This document shows, piece after piece, positions 27,907 through 41,071 of a DNA stretch of 64,000 nt. How positions within the stretch are numbered: position 1 is the stretch's first letter; every line of letters starts with the position of its first letter. Below the pieces are notes generated by a model that was given only the letters and a program-made list of their open reading frames with translations, was not told where the DNA came from and did no database searches. Origin of the DNA: Eledone cirrhosa (Eukaryota); NCBI GenBank assembly GCA_964016885.1, contig OZ024743.1, forward strand, positions 300,762,001-300,826,000, read 5' to 3'. Made by a program: the position numbers and the translations under genes.

Positions 27907-28018
27907 TGCTCTGAGGAAACAGTGGTCACAGCATTGGATAATCGAGTTCTGCAAATACTTGTGAATTTGCACGTAGCGGAACTAGGCTGCAGTACCACCG
28001 TGGAAACACTTGTAAGCA
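27907..28018 (+). ncRNA. Type I hammerhead motif with long stem II insertion (family H)
   Basis: tgct-CTGAGGA-aacagtggt...accaccgtg-GAAAC-actt-GTA^agca. Confidence 0.75.
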
Positions 28019-28065
28019 CACGGAATAAACTACCTTTTTATGATGTCTACCTGTTATTATTCATT

Positions 28066-28146
<81 letters not shown>

Positions 28147-28424
28147 TATTTTTCTTTTCAAGGTCATTGATATGAAATCGTGTTTCGAAACAAATATGGT
28201 TATACTTGGGGAGTGTCATATTGTTGTAATAATATTGCCAGTAATAATTACAGAACACACTCACTGTTTGGTCGGTTTTCGCTTCTGTATCATTTATATC
28301 TCCATAGTTCATTTATTTGGCAATCAATGTTTATCAACGATTGACCAATGATTAAAAATACAGATATAGAAATATATATATAGTCTATTAAAGTTCTTTC
28401 GTTGCACATCTGCAACAACATCAG

Positions 28425-28567
28425 TGGTACTATTATTATGTCATATCTGAGTTCAAATCCCGCCGAGGTTAACTTTGCCTTTCATCATTACGGGGTCGAT
28501 ACAATAAAGTACCAGTAATGTACTGGGTAGTTGCTGGCCTTGTGCCAAAAGTAGAAACAATTATTAT
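28425..28567 (+). mobile_element. tRNA-derived SINE
   Basis: CTGAGTTCAAATCCCGCCGAGGTTAACTTTGCCTTTCATC..GGGGTCGAT..AAGTACCAGT..GGCCTTGTGCCAAAAGTAGAAACAATTATT. Confidence 0.8.
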
Positions 28568-28799
28568 GTCATTTCTACGCCATTTTTATTTTATTTATTT
28601 ATTTATTTATTTATTTATTCTTGTTTCCATCTATGTGAATGCGTTTGCGTGTATGTATAATGTTTGGTGTGTGTGTTCGCGTTACAGTGTATGTGTTTTA
28701 ATTTTTGTATTCTACCTTTGTTTACTAGTGTGTGTTTATATGGGTTTGTTGTTATTGTACTTGTGTATATATATATATATTTTTTTATATTTCACTTAA

Positions 28800-29200
28800 G
28801 ATTAAAATGGTAGAAAAGCCAGGAACTACCATAACATCCCAGATCAGCAAAACGTATCCCTTTAAGAAAACCCACTGTAATAATGTGTTATATGTAGAAT
28901 AAACGCCCAGATAAACTGTAAAACTAGAAATGTAGTCATAGGATGTACATAGGGTACTTGCAGAAACATGACAACGACAATCATAGGAGAAACAGTAGAC
29001 CAACACTGGGGGACTAAAAAGAAAAAGAAAAGGGTTCAGTACTATACGAACACGCCAGACAAATACATGACGGTAATATAGACAACATAGAAATTAAAAT
29101 AATATCTAAACATAGAAATGACTCAACAAGTAGGCAAATCAGAGAAGCTACTGAGCTAGGGCTTAGAAAACCAAATTTAAACAGTAAAAATGAATGGAAT
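28800..29200 (+). mobile_element. Decayed PLE GIY-YIG fragment
   Basis: KMVEKPGTTITSQI...NCKTRNVV..C..TC.....IIGET remnants. Confidence 0.5.
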
Positions 29201-30049
29201 AAAAACAACAACCATACCCAAACAAACAATACTGACTTAAGGGAAATATAAATATATAAATATATACACAAGTACAATAACAACAAACACATACTATGTA
29301 GAATAGACTCACTCAGTAATGCACAAAACCATCTACCTCCTTGATATTTCATTTACTTTTACTGTCCCCGGTTGTGATACTCAAATAAGCATTAATATCC
29401 TGAGTTCCTTGAACATTCTAACAGCAAGAACTCACTTTCTTTCCTTACTGCACTTACCCTTGTTTTTATCTAATCACCGACACAAAATGTTATTGTTTAA
29501 TATGCGCTTCTGATTTTATCTTTTCTTATAAAATTTAACACACATTTAAATCATAAAAAATCAGACTACAAAAAGTAGCAGAAATAATCCGAAAATTCTC
29601 TTATGTGTACAACCAAAAACGAACGTTAACCATTATATTTCTAAATATAGACCATGGACCAGTGTTGTGATATAAAACAAGTTGGCTATAAAATTAGCAA
29701 TATGTATAGGCTGGTATTGTGAAACTGATAGCGCTCCATACAATTGATATGACTACATGGACGTCTTGTCATTAAACATATTCATTCTATTTTCATTTTA
29801 AGTATATTACACAAAAAGAATATTCTTTAGATTCACTTCTTCAGCATTTCAAAAGTGTACAATTGTTTTCTTCATTGTTATAGTTACCCGACCTCGTTCA
29901 ATATCATCATTACCATCATCATCATCGCTACAACCATCATGACCAGCGACAGAGATTCCATCATCAACACCATTGTCATGGTCATTATCATCATCAACAT
30001 CACTATCATCATCATAATCAACATCATCTTAATCACTGACATCATTTGT

Positions 30050-30127
30050 TTCTTCTTCTTCTTCTTCTTCTTCTTCTTCTTCTTCTTCTTCTTCTTCTTC
30101 TTCTTCTTCTTCTTCTTCTTCTTCTTC
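30050..30127. repeat. (TTC)n microsatellite
   Basis: Visible trinucleotide run. Confidence 0.97.
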
Positions 30128-30900
30128 TATCCGATGGTGAACACGTAATTTCGGAATGTATTATCGCCCACGTTTTACTTAACGTCGTAATTGTCATCAG
30201 TAACATCTTTCTATTCCAACTGCTCCCATTTCACCCATCTTCTTCTCCTCCATTTTCTTTCTCATCCGCTTCATTATCATAACCATCGTCATTATCGTGA
30301 TTAGTTCAATCGAATTTTTTATCCACCTTTGCATTTGAACCTACCCCTTTTATAGTTTTATGTATTATTGCTGCTCGTGTTCTCAATGTTGTCTTCACTT
30401 TATATATTTATTGTATTTTTCTTTCTGTTTCGTTGTTTAATACACCTCTTTCAGCTCTTTTCACTCGTTTCCAAGCTATTTCCTCATTTTTCTGAATTTG
30501 TTCTACTTCTGCCTCAGCTAACAGCTCACATTTTTTTCCTCTTCAATTGTTTCATTTCCCAACTAAACCCATCATTTTATTTCACTCTGTTCCGCCATCT
30601 TATCCTGACTAGTTTTATCACATTCAAGTTCTCATATGGAAGCTCAATACATCTATTGTTATGAATAAAATAGGTAAGCATCCAAACTCTACCCCATCTC
30701 CATATATTCAAGACATTGAAAGGCAATCGATCTCACTAGAGTCTTCTGGCAAAAGCCAAACTCTCATTAAAATTATCAAAGAATTTTCACAGCAATATAC
30801 ATGTAAAATTATTATTATCAATGTTTTATTATTATCATCATTATTATTATTATGGTTATAAATGTTGTTGCAATTGTCGTTGTAGTTATGATTATAATTA

Positions 30901-30925
30901 CAACATAACAACAACAACAACAACA

Positions 30926-30986
<61 letters not shown>

Positions 30987-30992
30987 GTAGTA

Positions 30993-31027
<35 letters not shown>
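30901..31027. repeat. Compound (ACA)n(CTA)n(ATA)n microsatellite
   Basis: Visible trinucleotide runs. Confidence 0.95.
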
Positions 31028-31028
<1 letters not shown>

Positions 31029-31281
31029 TTTCCATCATCATCATCGGCGTTAAATTTGATTTTTCACTTTTATCGTTGATACTTTATATTTTTGATTATA
31101 TTGTAGATACTGTGACTTGATTAATATTTCGCATTATCACCAAGATTTCTTTGAACACTATGCAGAAACTATTTCACTCTCATAAAACTCATTATGTACA
31201 TGCATGTAAAAAAGAAAATAACAGAGGGATGTTTGAGAATACATATATACATAAACACACACACACACACACACACACACC

Positions 31282-31363
<82 letters not shown>

Positions 31364-31638
31364 TATTTATATGTATATGTGTATGATTACATATGATATA
31401 GATATATATAGTCATAGATGTATACATGCATATATATAGCTATATACAGATGTTGTCTGTATTAGAATATATGAATATGTATGTATATATATATGTACGT
31501 GTCTGTCTGTTTGTTTCTTTGTGTGTGCGTGTTTGCGTCAGTGTAGGAGTGTAGGCGTGTTAGTACAATCATTTCAGCACGTGCACGCGTCTACACACAC
31601 GCACACACACACACACAAAAACACACACACACACAAAC

Positions 31639-31669
<31 letters not shown>

Positions 31670-31761
31670 ATATGTCCTTGTATAAATAAATGCAAATGAA
31701 ATAAAGTATATATTCAATTTTAGACTACATCTTGTTACATAATACACATACTTGTTAATAT

Positions 31762-31922
<161 letters not shown>

Positions 31923-32087
31923 TATTTGCACATGAATATATTTGCATTAATTAAGCCAAATTATGTACATGATATTATTCGTGTAATTTTGAAAATATAC
32001 ATTACATAACGCACACACATATACGTACGCACACACCACACACAGGCACAACCACAAACACAAATATATATATATACATATATACAT

Positions 32088-32126
<39 letters not shown>

Positions 32127-32164
32127 TACATACAAATATATATATATATATACATATATATAAT

Positions 32165-32574
32165 TTATCGCGGGTTCAATCGGAGGTAACCATAGTAAGT
32201 AAGGTACTCAATACAAAGCAGAATATAAATATCTAATATAGAAAGGCTTCTACGGAACTAAAACTTTTTCATTCAGGACAAATCATCAGGGAGTAGCTTT
32301 ACAAGTAATATGGTGGTGTTTGTATCTTTTCTGGTGGTAGGAAAGGGTGGTTTTAGGGATGGCTGGTGATCATTGGTTGATAGGTTTAAAGAAAGGGAAT
32401 TATTTAAACACTATATTTAGAATAAGAAAGGCAGAAGAATTCTATAGACAGGTTCACTCAGGGGATGTCACTCTTGACTTTTACGGTTCACTTAAACTAA
32501 CATTGCCTTTATCAGGTGTTCACACACATATAAGGTCCCCACTCACACACACTCGCAAAACACACACTCTTATA

Positions 32575-32575
<1 letters not shown>
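32165..32575 (-). mobile_element. Probable PLE tail fragment; related partly inverted copy at 52772-52968
   Basis: Shared CTGATGATTT...GTAGAAGCC.TTTCTATATTA...TGAGTACCT.ACTTACT.TGGTTACC; flanked by (TA)n. Confidence 0.5.
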
Positions 32576-32626
<51 letters not shown>

Positions 32627-32636
32627 TATATATATA

Positions 32637-32990
32637 GAAAAGGTAACACACCAGAGAGAGAGAGAGACAGTGCGTCATCAGTCAAACAGGGATGAACCAC
32701 CAGTGTATGGAATCTATAGCTCTTGGAAGACAAAGTGGACACAATAATTAAAAGTATAAATCAAAATGCAAACACATACCTTGATTATCTAACACACTTG
32801 TACAGATCCTTTTGGATTTGTACGTGTGTGTTAGATAGTTATCAAGGTATGTGATGGCACTTTGATTGACACATTTAATTATTGTGTGTCTAATTTGCCT
32901 TCCAAGGGCTATGGATTCCATACACTGGTGGTTTTTCCCTGTCTGACTGATGCCGCAATGTCTCTCTCTGTGGTGTGTTATCTATTCTAC
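32637..32990. repeat. ~350-bp diverged palindrome next to (TA)n
   Basis: Arms reverse-complementary around gatccttttggatt (~32811). Confidence 0.85.
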
Positions 32991-33085
32991 ATATTGTATT
33001 ATATAGGGCTCGGGATTCCTTCTCCTTTTTGAGCACATTAATGACAGGGAATAGAGAGAGTCTATGGTTCCGTTAATTTGTCGTA

Positions 33086-33820
<735 letters not shown>

Positions 33821-33914
33821 ATATATATATACATATATATATATACACACATAAACATATATATATATATATATATATATATACACTCACACACACACAC
33901 ACACACACATATAT

Positions 33915-35699
<1,785 letters not shown>

Positions 35700-35705
35700 T
35701 GGTAA

Positions 35706-35743
35706 CGAGCTGAGGATCCGCTAAGGTGAAACAATTGTTCTCG
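35706..35743 (+). ncRNA. Compact type I hammerhead motif (family J)
   Basis: cgag-CTGAGGA-tcc gctaa ggt-GAAAC-aatt-GTT^ctcg; palindromic stem III ACAATTGT. Confidence 0.75.
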
Positions 35744-35920
35744 GTATGCTGAACTAACTGTTGTGTTACCACAAATACTTAACTCATCTCATGGACTGAG
35801 TGATCTAACACTACTGATATTACATTCCATTGTTCCATCTCTCTCTGCATCCCTATATATATATACTCACATACATATATACATACGAATATACACACAC
35901 ATAAACATACACACATATAC

Positions 35921-35999
<79 letters not shown>

Positions 36000-36202
36000 T
36001 ATATGTATAAATATTTCGTATCTCCAAAGAAATACTGTTTTAGGAAGCCGTAGCTATGCAAGTACAGGGGCGCTAACGCCCTCTGGTGATGTCCAGCAGA
36101 AGCAAGGGGGACAAACCGTCTATGCATTTCAGGCTTAACTGGCCTTCGTCGGGACGGCCCCTCCCACCGCTTGCGAATGCTGGATTAGATGACAGGCGAG
36201 AA

Positions 36203-36253
36203 TATATACTTTTCTCGTCTGTGTAATTGAGGTGATTAATCTCATTTGCATAT
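36203..36253 (-). promoter_or_regulatory. Candidate octamer plus TATA promoter upstream of HHR
   Basis: Minus strand ATATGCAAATGAG (octamer 36244-36251), then about 35 nt later AAAGTATATA (TATATA 36203-36208); same layout in family E. Confidence 0.45.
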
Positions 36254-36438
36254 GAAGCTGCATAAGTTGGCTGAACGTATAATAAAAAAGAAATAGGATT
36301 TCGCTACAAGCATAGCTTTATACAATATGTATAAATATTTCGTATCTCCAAAGAAATACCGTTTTAGCAAGCCGTGGCTATGCAAACACTTGGGGGCTAA
36401 CGCCCTCTGGTGATGTCCAGCAGTAGCAAGGGGGACAA

Positions 36439-36480
36439 CCATCTATGCATTTCAGGCTTAGAAGGCCTTCGTCAGGACGG
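36439..36480 (-). ncRNA. Type I hammerhead motif, intact core (family K)
   Basis: ccgtc-CTGACGA-aggc cttctaa gcct-GAAA-tgca-TA^gatgg; palindromic stem III ATGCAT; sister copy has CCGACGA. Confidence 0.88.
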
Positions 36481-36769
36481 TCCCCCCCCCCCCGCTTGCG
36501 ACTGCTGAACTAGAAGACAGGCGAGAATATATACTTTTCTCGTCTTTGTAAATGAGGTGATTAATCTCATTTTCATATGAAGCTGCATAAGTTGGCTCAA
36601 CTTATAATAAAAAAGAAATACGATTTCGCTCCAAGCATAGCTTTATACAATATGTATAAATAGTTCGTATCTCCAAAGAAATACGGTTTTAGGAAGTCGT
36701 ATCTCTGCAAACACCGGGGGGCTAAAGCCCTCTGCTGATGCCCAGCAGAAGCAAGGAGGACAACCTCAT

Positions 36770-36880
36770 TTGAGTTCAAATTCCGCCGATGTTAATTTTG
36801 CCTTTCATCCTTACGTGGTCGATAAATAAAGTACCAGTAATGCACTGGGTTATTGCTGGCCAAAAATACAAACAATTATG
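36770..36880 (+). mobile_element. tRNA-derived SINE, 5'-truncated
   Basis: GAGTTCAAATTCCGCCGATGTTAATTTTGCCTTTCATCC..GGTCGATAAATAAAGTACCAGT. Confidence 0.75.
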
Positions 36881-36939
36881 TATTGTCTAAAAGCGGACAA
36901 TTATGTATTTAATTAGGTATATATTTGTTATTGTGTTAG

Positions 36940-37745
36940 TTTTCTGCTTGTATTCTCTCTGTGTGTGTAGAAGACTCACAGCACTTGCAAATGGGGTAAA
37001 TTTTGAAGTTGGGTAAGTCCAATGCTGCACATGTTTCAATGCGGCGAATTATGGGGATTTATGTCGTCTTTCCATCACAGATTTGTTGGTATTGTATGGC
37101 AACTCATTTATGTAATGATACACCCGTCCTTCCTGTGTAATTTTGCAAATACCCACAGCATATAACCACATAGATTAAGTTTTACGAGCTGCAGATGTAA
37201 TTTTACATTATTCTGAATGTTTTTTACATCCTTACATTTAACCTCTGGTATTTCAATTAGACATAAGCAGGGTACCCATTTTATAACAGTGGGGTTGGGG
37301 ATTTGTTCGTGTGTTTTCCTGCAGTAAGTTTATGTTTTAATATATTGGGTTGTCAATAATTTTTAATGATTTAATGGGTTTCAATAATTGGTTTTATTTT
37401 TTCATGCTTATATACGGAATATTTCTGCGAAGGAGGCCAAGTATTTGACTGTTGACATGTTTGGCAAGTGTTTTCCGTGGTTGTCTATTTATTTACCTGA
37501 GCTCTTAAAAATCTGTGTTTTCACTTTCCCATTCTATTGGTGGGTATGCTCTGTGGGAAGGCACTTTGAATAAGTTTATTTCTGAGTTCACACGTCATTT
37601 CTCGAGTGTGATATGTTGAATAGTATTGTAGATATTCCTTTTGCTAGTTGAAAAGGAATGTTCAATTTCGTGTGTTTTGGATGGCTTCTATGTATAATGT
37701 ATATAATGTTTCTTGCTGCTGTGGATGCACCTATGCTTTCCCTCT
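36940..37745 (-). mobile_element. Decayed PLE fragment related to the 49.7-kb element
   Basis: SHPKHTKLNIPFQLAKGISTI compares with SNHPKHKKTNIPFNLARRICTI; degraded endonuclease region downstream. Confidence 0.65.
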
Positions 37746-37772
37746 TTCTTATATATATATATATATATATAT

Positions 37773-38790
37773 ATATTAATAAGAGGTATTCCAACTTTGT
37801 CTGATTTACTCGTTTTATTGACAATCCTTTTAAATTTATAATGGTATTATAATGAGATAGTATGATAGAATATTAAATTCTAAGTGTTAATTGAACAAGT
37901 ACTATCATGCTTTCGCAATCTTCAGGTTCATGATATGTGGTGACAGTCAAGTTTGCAATTTTCAATTGTAATGAGATGGGTCAATTCTGTACCTTATATA
38001 CAGTGAAAAGTGGCTCCAGAATGCTAAATCTTGCAAACTGTATTTCGACCAATCGGTGCGAAGTTTCACTGAATTACTAAAGCTGATTGGTTTAAGCGTC
38101 ACGGCTGGTTGAGTATGTCTAACGACCAATAATTAATTCTATCCAAAGCATCAATTGTTTTGCTATTTTTAAAAATGATGAAAATAGCATTTTCTAGTAA
38201 TCATCACCATCAACATCACTTTTATTATTATTATTGTTGTTGTTGTTGTTGTTGTTGTTGTTAGTGGTCGTAGTCGACATGGTCGTAGTCATAGTCATAG
38301 TAGAAGTAACAACTACAACAACAACAGTAATAATAATAATAAAAGCGATGTGATGGTGATGATTACTAGAAAATGCTATTTTCATCATTTCTAAAAATAG
38401 CAAAACAAGTGATGCTTTGGATAGAATCAATTATTGGTCGTTAGTCATGCTCAACCAGCCGTGACGCTTAAACCAATCAGCTTTAGTAATTCAGTGAAAC
38501 TACACACCGATTGGTCGAAATACAGTTTGCAAGATTTAGCATTCTGGAGCCACTTTTCACTGTATATAAGGTACAAAATTTACCCATCTCATTACAGTTT
38601 AAAATAGCAAACTTGACTGTCACCACATATCATGAACCTGAAGATTGCGAAAGCATGAAAGTACTTGTTCAATTAACACTTAGAATTTAATATTCTATCA
38701 TACTATTTCATTATAATACCATTTTAAATTTTAAAGGATTGTAAATAAAACGAGTAAATCAGACAAAGTTGGAATTCCTCTTATTAATAT
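37773..38790. repeat. ~1-kb foldback palindrome
   Basis: 37773-38260 is the high-identity reverse complement of ~38307-38790. Confidence 0.92.
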
Positions 38791-38826
38791 AATCTTCTAT
38801 ACACAATCATACACACCAGTGTATAT

Positions 38827-38827
<1 letters not shown>

Positions 38828-38884
<57 letters not shown>

Positions 38885-38885
38885 G

Positions 38886-38921
<36 letters not shown>
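38828..38921. repeat. (TCTA)n microsatellite 5' of the LINE
   Basis: Visible tetranucleotide run; resumes at 44728. Confidence 0.95.
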
Positions 38922-38922
<1 letters not shown>

Positions 38923-39142
38923 ATATAATCTAGCTGTCGTCTGTTCTACAGTGTGGATGTCATTCACTTCGCACAGAAGTTTTGTTCAAATTTATTGAGG
39001 AAATTTTGTGAGTTCAAACTTAATTTTGATAAAATTGTGTAGCTTGACCCTCCGTCTGAACTGTCAGGCGGGGGGTCAGCTCATATTTACCCTTCCTAGA
39101 GGTGAAAAACCTGTTTTTAAAAATTTCAATCGTCTAACAGAA

Positions 39143-41038
39143 ATGTTAAACGCAGCGAACGAAAATAGTGGTGGGGGGACAGCGGTAAGAGTTGTAAGCT
39201 CGCACGCTTTAGTCCCCCCTTCCTTCCCAACTAACGTCATAGAGAAGGAAGGAAAAATTAAAATAAAAACAGACGAATCTGCGGAGAAAAAAAATGACGA
39301 AAACACAAATCTGGACATGGATTCCAACAACGAAAAAAAAAAAATTTGAAAAATTGCATGACAATACTAATAACACAAACAAAGACACAACAAACACAAA
39401 AATAACATTTGAAAATAACACCATAACAGAAAGCAAAGCAGACGACAAGATTTCATTTGCACAGAAAACAAAGAAATCTTTGACTTATATAGCGGAAAAT
39501 ATTTCAGATGTGGCACGAAGGATCACAGACGCCAAACAATACATAAGTGAAGGAGAGAATGGTATTTTATCGGTAAAAATGCCTCAAGAATTCACCAAAG
39601 ACATTGAAAGCCGAACGGTCAAGTTTCGGACCATCAACAACAGTACAAAACAACCTGAACAGCCTTCTCAAGCAGATATCAAAACAGTACTCACAGAAGT
39701 ACTTAATGAAACCACTTTCATAAGAAAAGACAGATTGTATGGAAGCCTAGCAATTATCATGAAGAACGAATCCGCGGCAAAAAAATGTGCTTTGTCACCG
39801 ATTCGTTCGAATAATTTCACCTTTTATCCATCTTATATGGGGAAAAGAACTCAACGCATATGGCTGGATGCAATGATGCCAGATGTGGACTACTGCTGGC
39901 TCATAGCTGGCTTCATCGATCCAGTCAATGACAACGTGATTTCCATTGGGAAAACCACAGGCAATGCGTTCAGTGCAACAGGTATAGAGCTGGTAGTGCA
40001 AATGAAGCCTGAACGCATCGCCCAAATACCCGACAGAATCCTATTAGAGGACCACGGGTATATAAACATTAGCGTGGAGGGGAGAAGGCCGTCTTGCCAT
40101 ATCTGTGCAGGCAGAGGGCACCTGAAGGCCTCTTGTCCCCAACTCAACAAAAAGAAAACCCTGCTACCAACACCAGCTCCACCACCACCACCACAACAGA
40201 TAAACAAACAACAAAACTCAGTCCCACCCAACCCGTCCCTCAGTAAAACCACAACACCACCACAACACAAACAGTCACAACACATAACCCCAAAACAAAA
40301 TACAGGCCCACCCAACCTCTCAATAAAACAACACAACCACCGCAGACACAACACAAAACACAGTCTAACATAGTGACATCCATCTCCCCCACAAAGAAAA
40401 CCAACACGGAAACATTAGCAGCAAACATACCTCTTCCCTCCAACACTGAAGATAACCCAACGAATTCGGAGGAAGAACGGAGTCCTTCAGACAGATTAAA
40501 AGGAAAAAAAGAAAACATGTGCAAAACACACAAGGCCAAACAATCCCCACCCAAATCTCAACACAATCCAACAAAACAGGAAACACCCCTCCAGCAACAA
40601 ACAAAACCAAACCTGCCCCTCCCCTCTTCGAAACACTCACACCATCCGAAAAAAAGAAAATTACACTATACTTACATCAACAGAAACAATAATAAATTAA
40701 ATGGACTCATATACAATAATCCTTCGGTACAAACCGAAGGTGTAAACTTTGTTTCGTCAGAAAACTACCCACATTTAAAATTAATAAAGATCCCAATGAA
40801 CCTCTACCAAAGACTAAACAAGGATTTTAAGGAGGACGTAGGACCACCCTCTGTCAAACCCATAAACCGCGTCCTACTAAAAAGCTTTCCCCCTCCCCTT
40901 CCCCTCCCCAACACAACTCCAAACACCCCAACCCCACCACACACTGACGACCCCACACAACCACAAGACACCCCTTCACCCAACACCCCCGACCCCATGG
41001 AAGTCGTGCAATCCGAACCCCGGGAAGCGGAAAGGTAG
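39143..41038 (+). pseudogene. LINE ORF1 (gag-like, CCHC knuckle), frameshift in A-run near 39340 and stop at 40371
   Basis: VEGRRPSCHICAGRGHLKASCP followed by a long P/T/Q-rich tail. Confidence 0.8.
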
Positions 41039-41071
41039 GTCTCTACACTCTCCTTTGGCTCTGCCGCCCAC

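Larger units (their letters stand above)
23935..28072. mobile_element. Young PLE: long minus-strand copy joined head-to-head to a 1.13-kb inverted copy of its own 3' end, in (TA)n
   Basis: 24076-25213 is almost exactly the reverse complement of 26941-28072; (TA)n at both ends. Confidence 0.95.
36001..36767 (-). mobile_element. ORF-less tandem HHR repeat (family K), ~324-bp units x 2.4, retrozyme-like
   Basis: Units start at 36001, 36325, 36650; HHRs at 36116-36157 and 36439-36480; diverged fragment near 2765-2910. Confidence 0.88.

Noticed and set aside
23875-28170. Duplicated ORF MIKISTSHSLLL... (23875-24399 and 27751-28170)
   Set aside because: Incidental frame across the non-coding PLE tail and HHR, duplicated by the inverted repeat; TTG start, no domain
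32255-32297. CTGATGA-tttgtcctgaat-GAAA (minus) and relative at ~52795-52822
   Set aside because: Core boxes present but no stem I or III partner found; not counted as HHR
36001-36767. Tandem repeats as CRISPR-like arrays
   Set aside because: Units are over 300 bp without unique spacers; eukaryotic context; no cas genes
38631-38660. CTGAAGAttgcGAAA as a hammerhead lacking stem II
   Set aside because: No NUH site or stem I pairing in the right register in either arm
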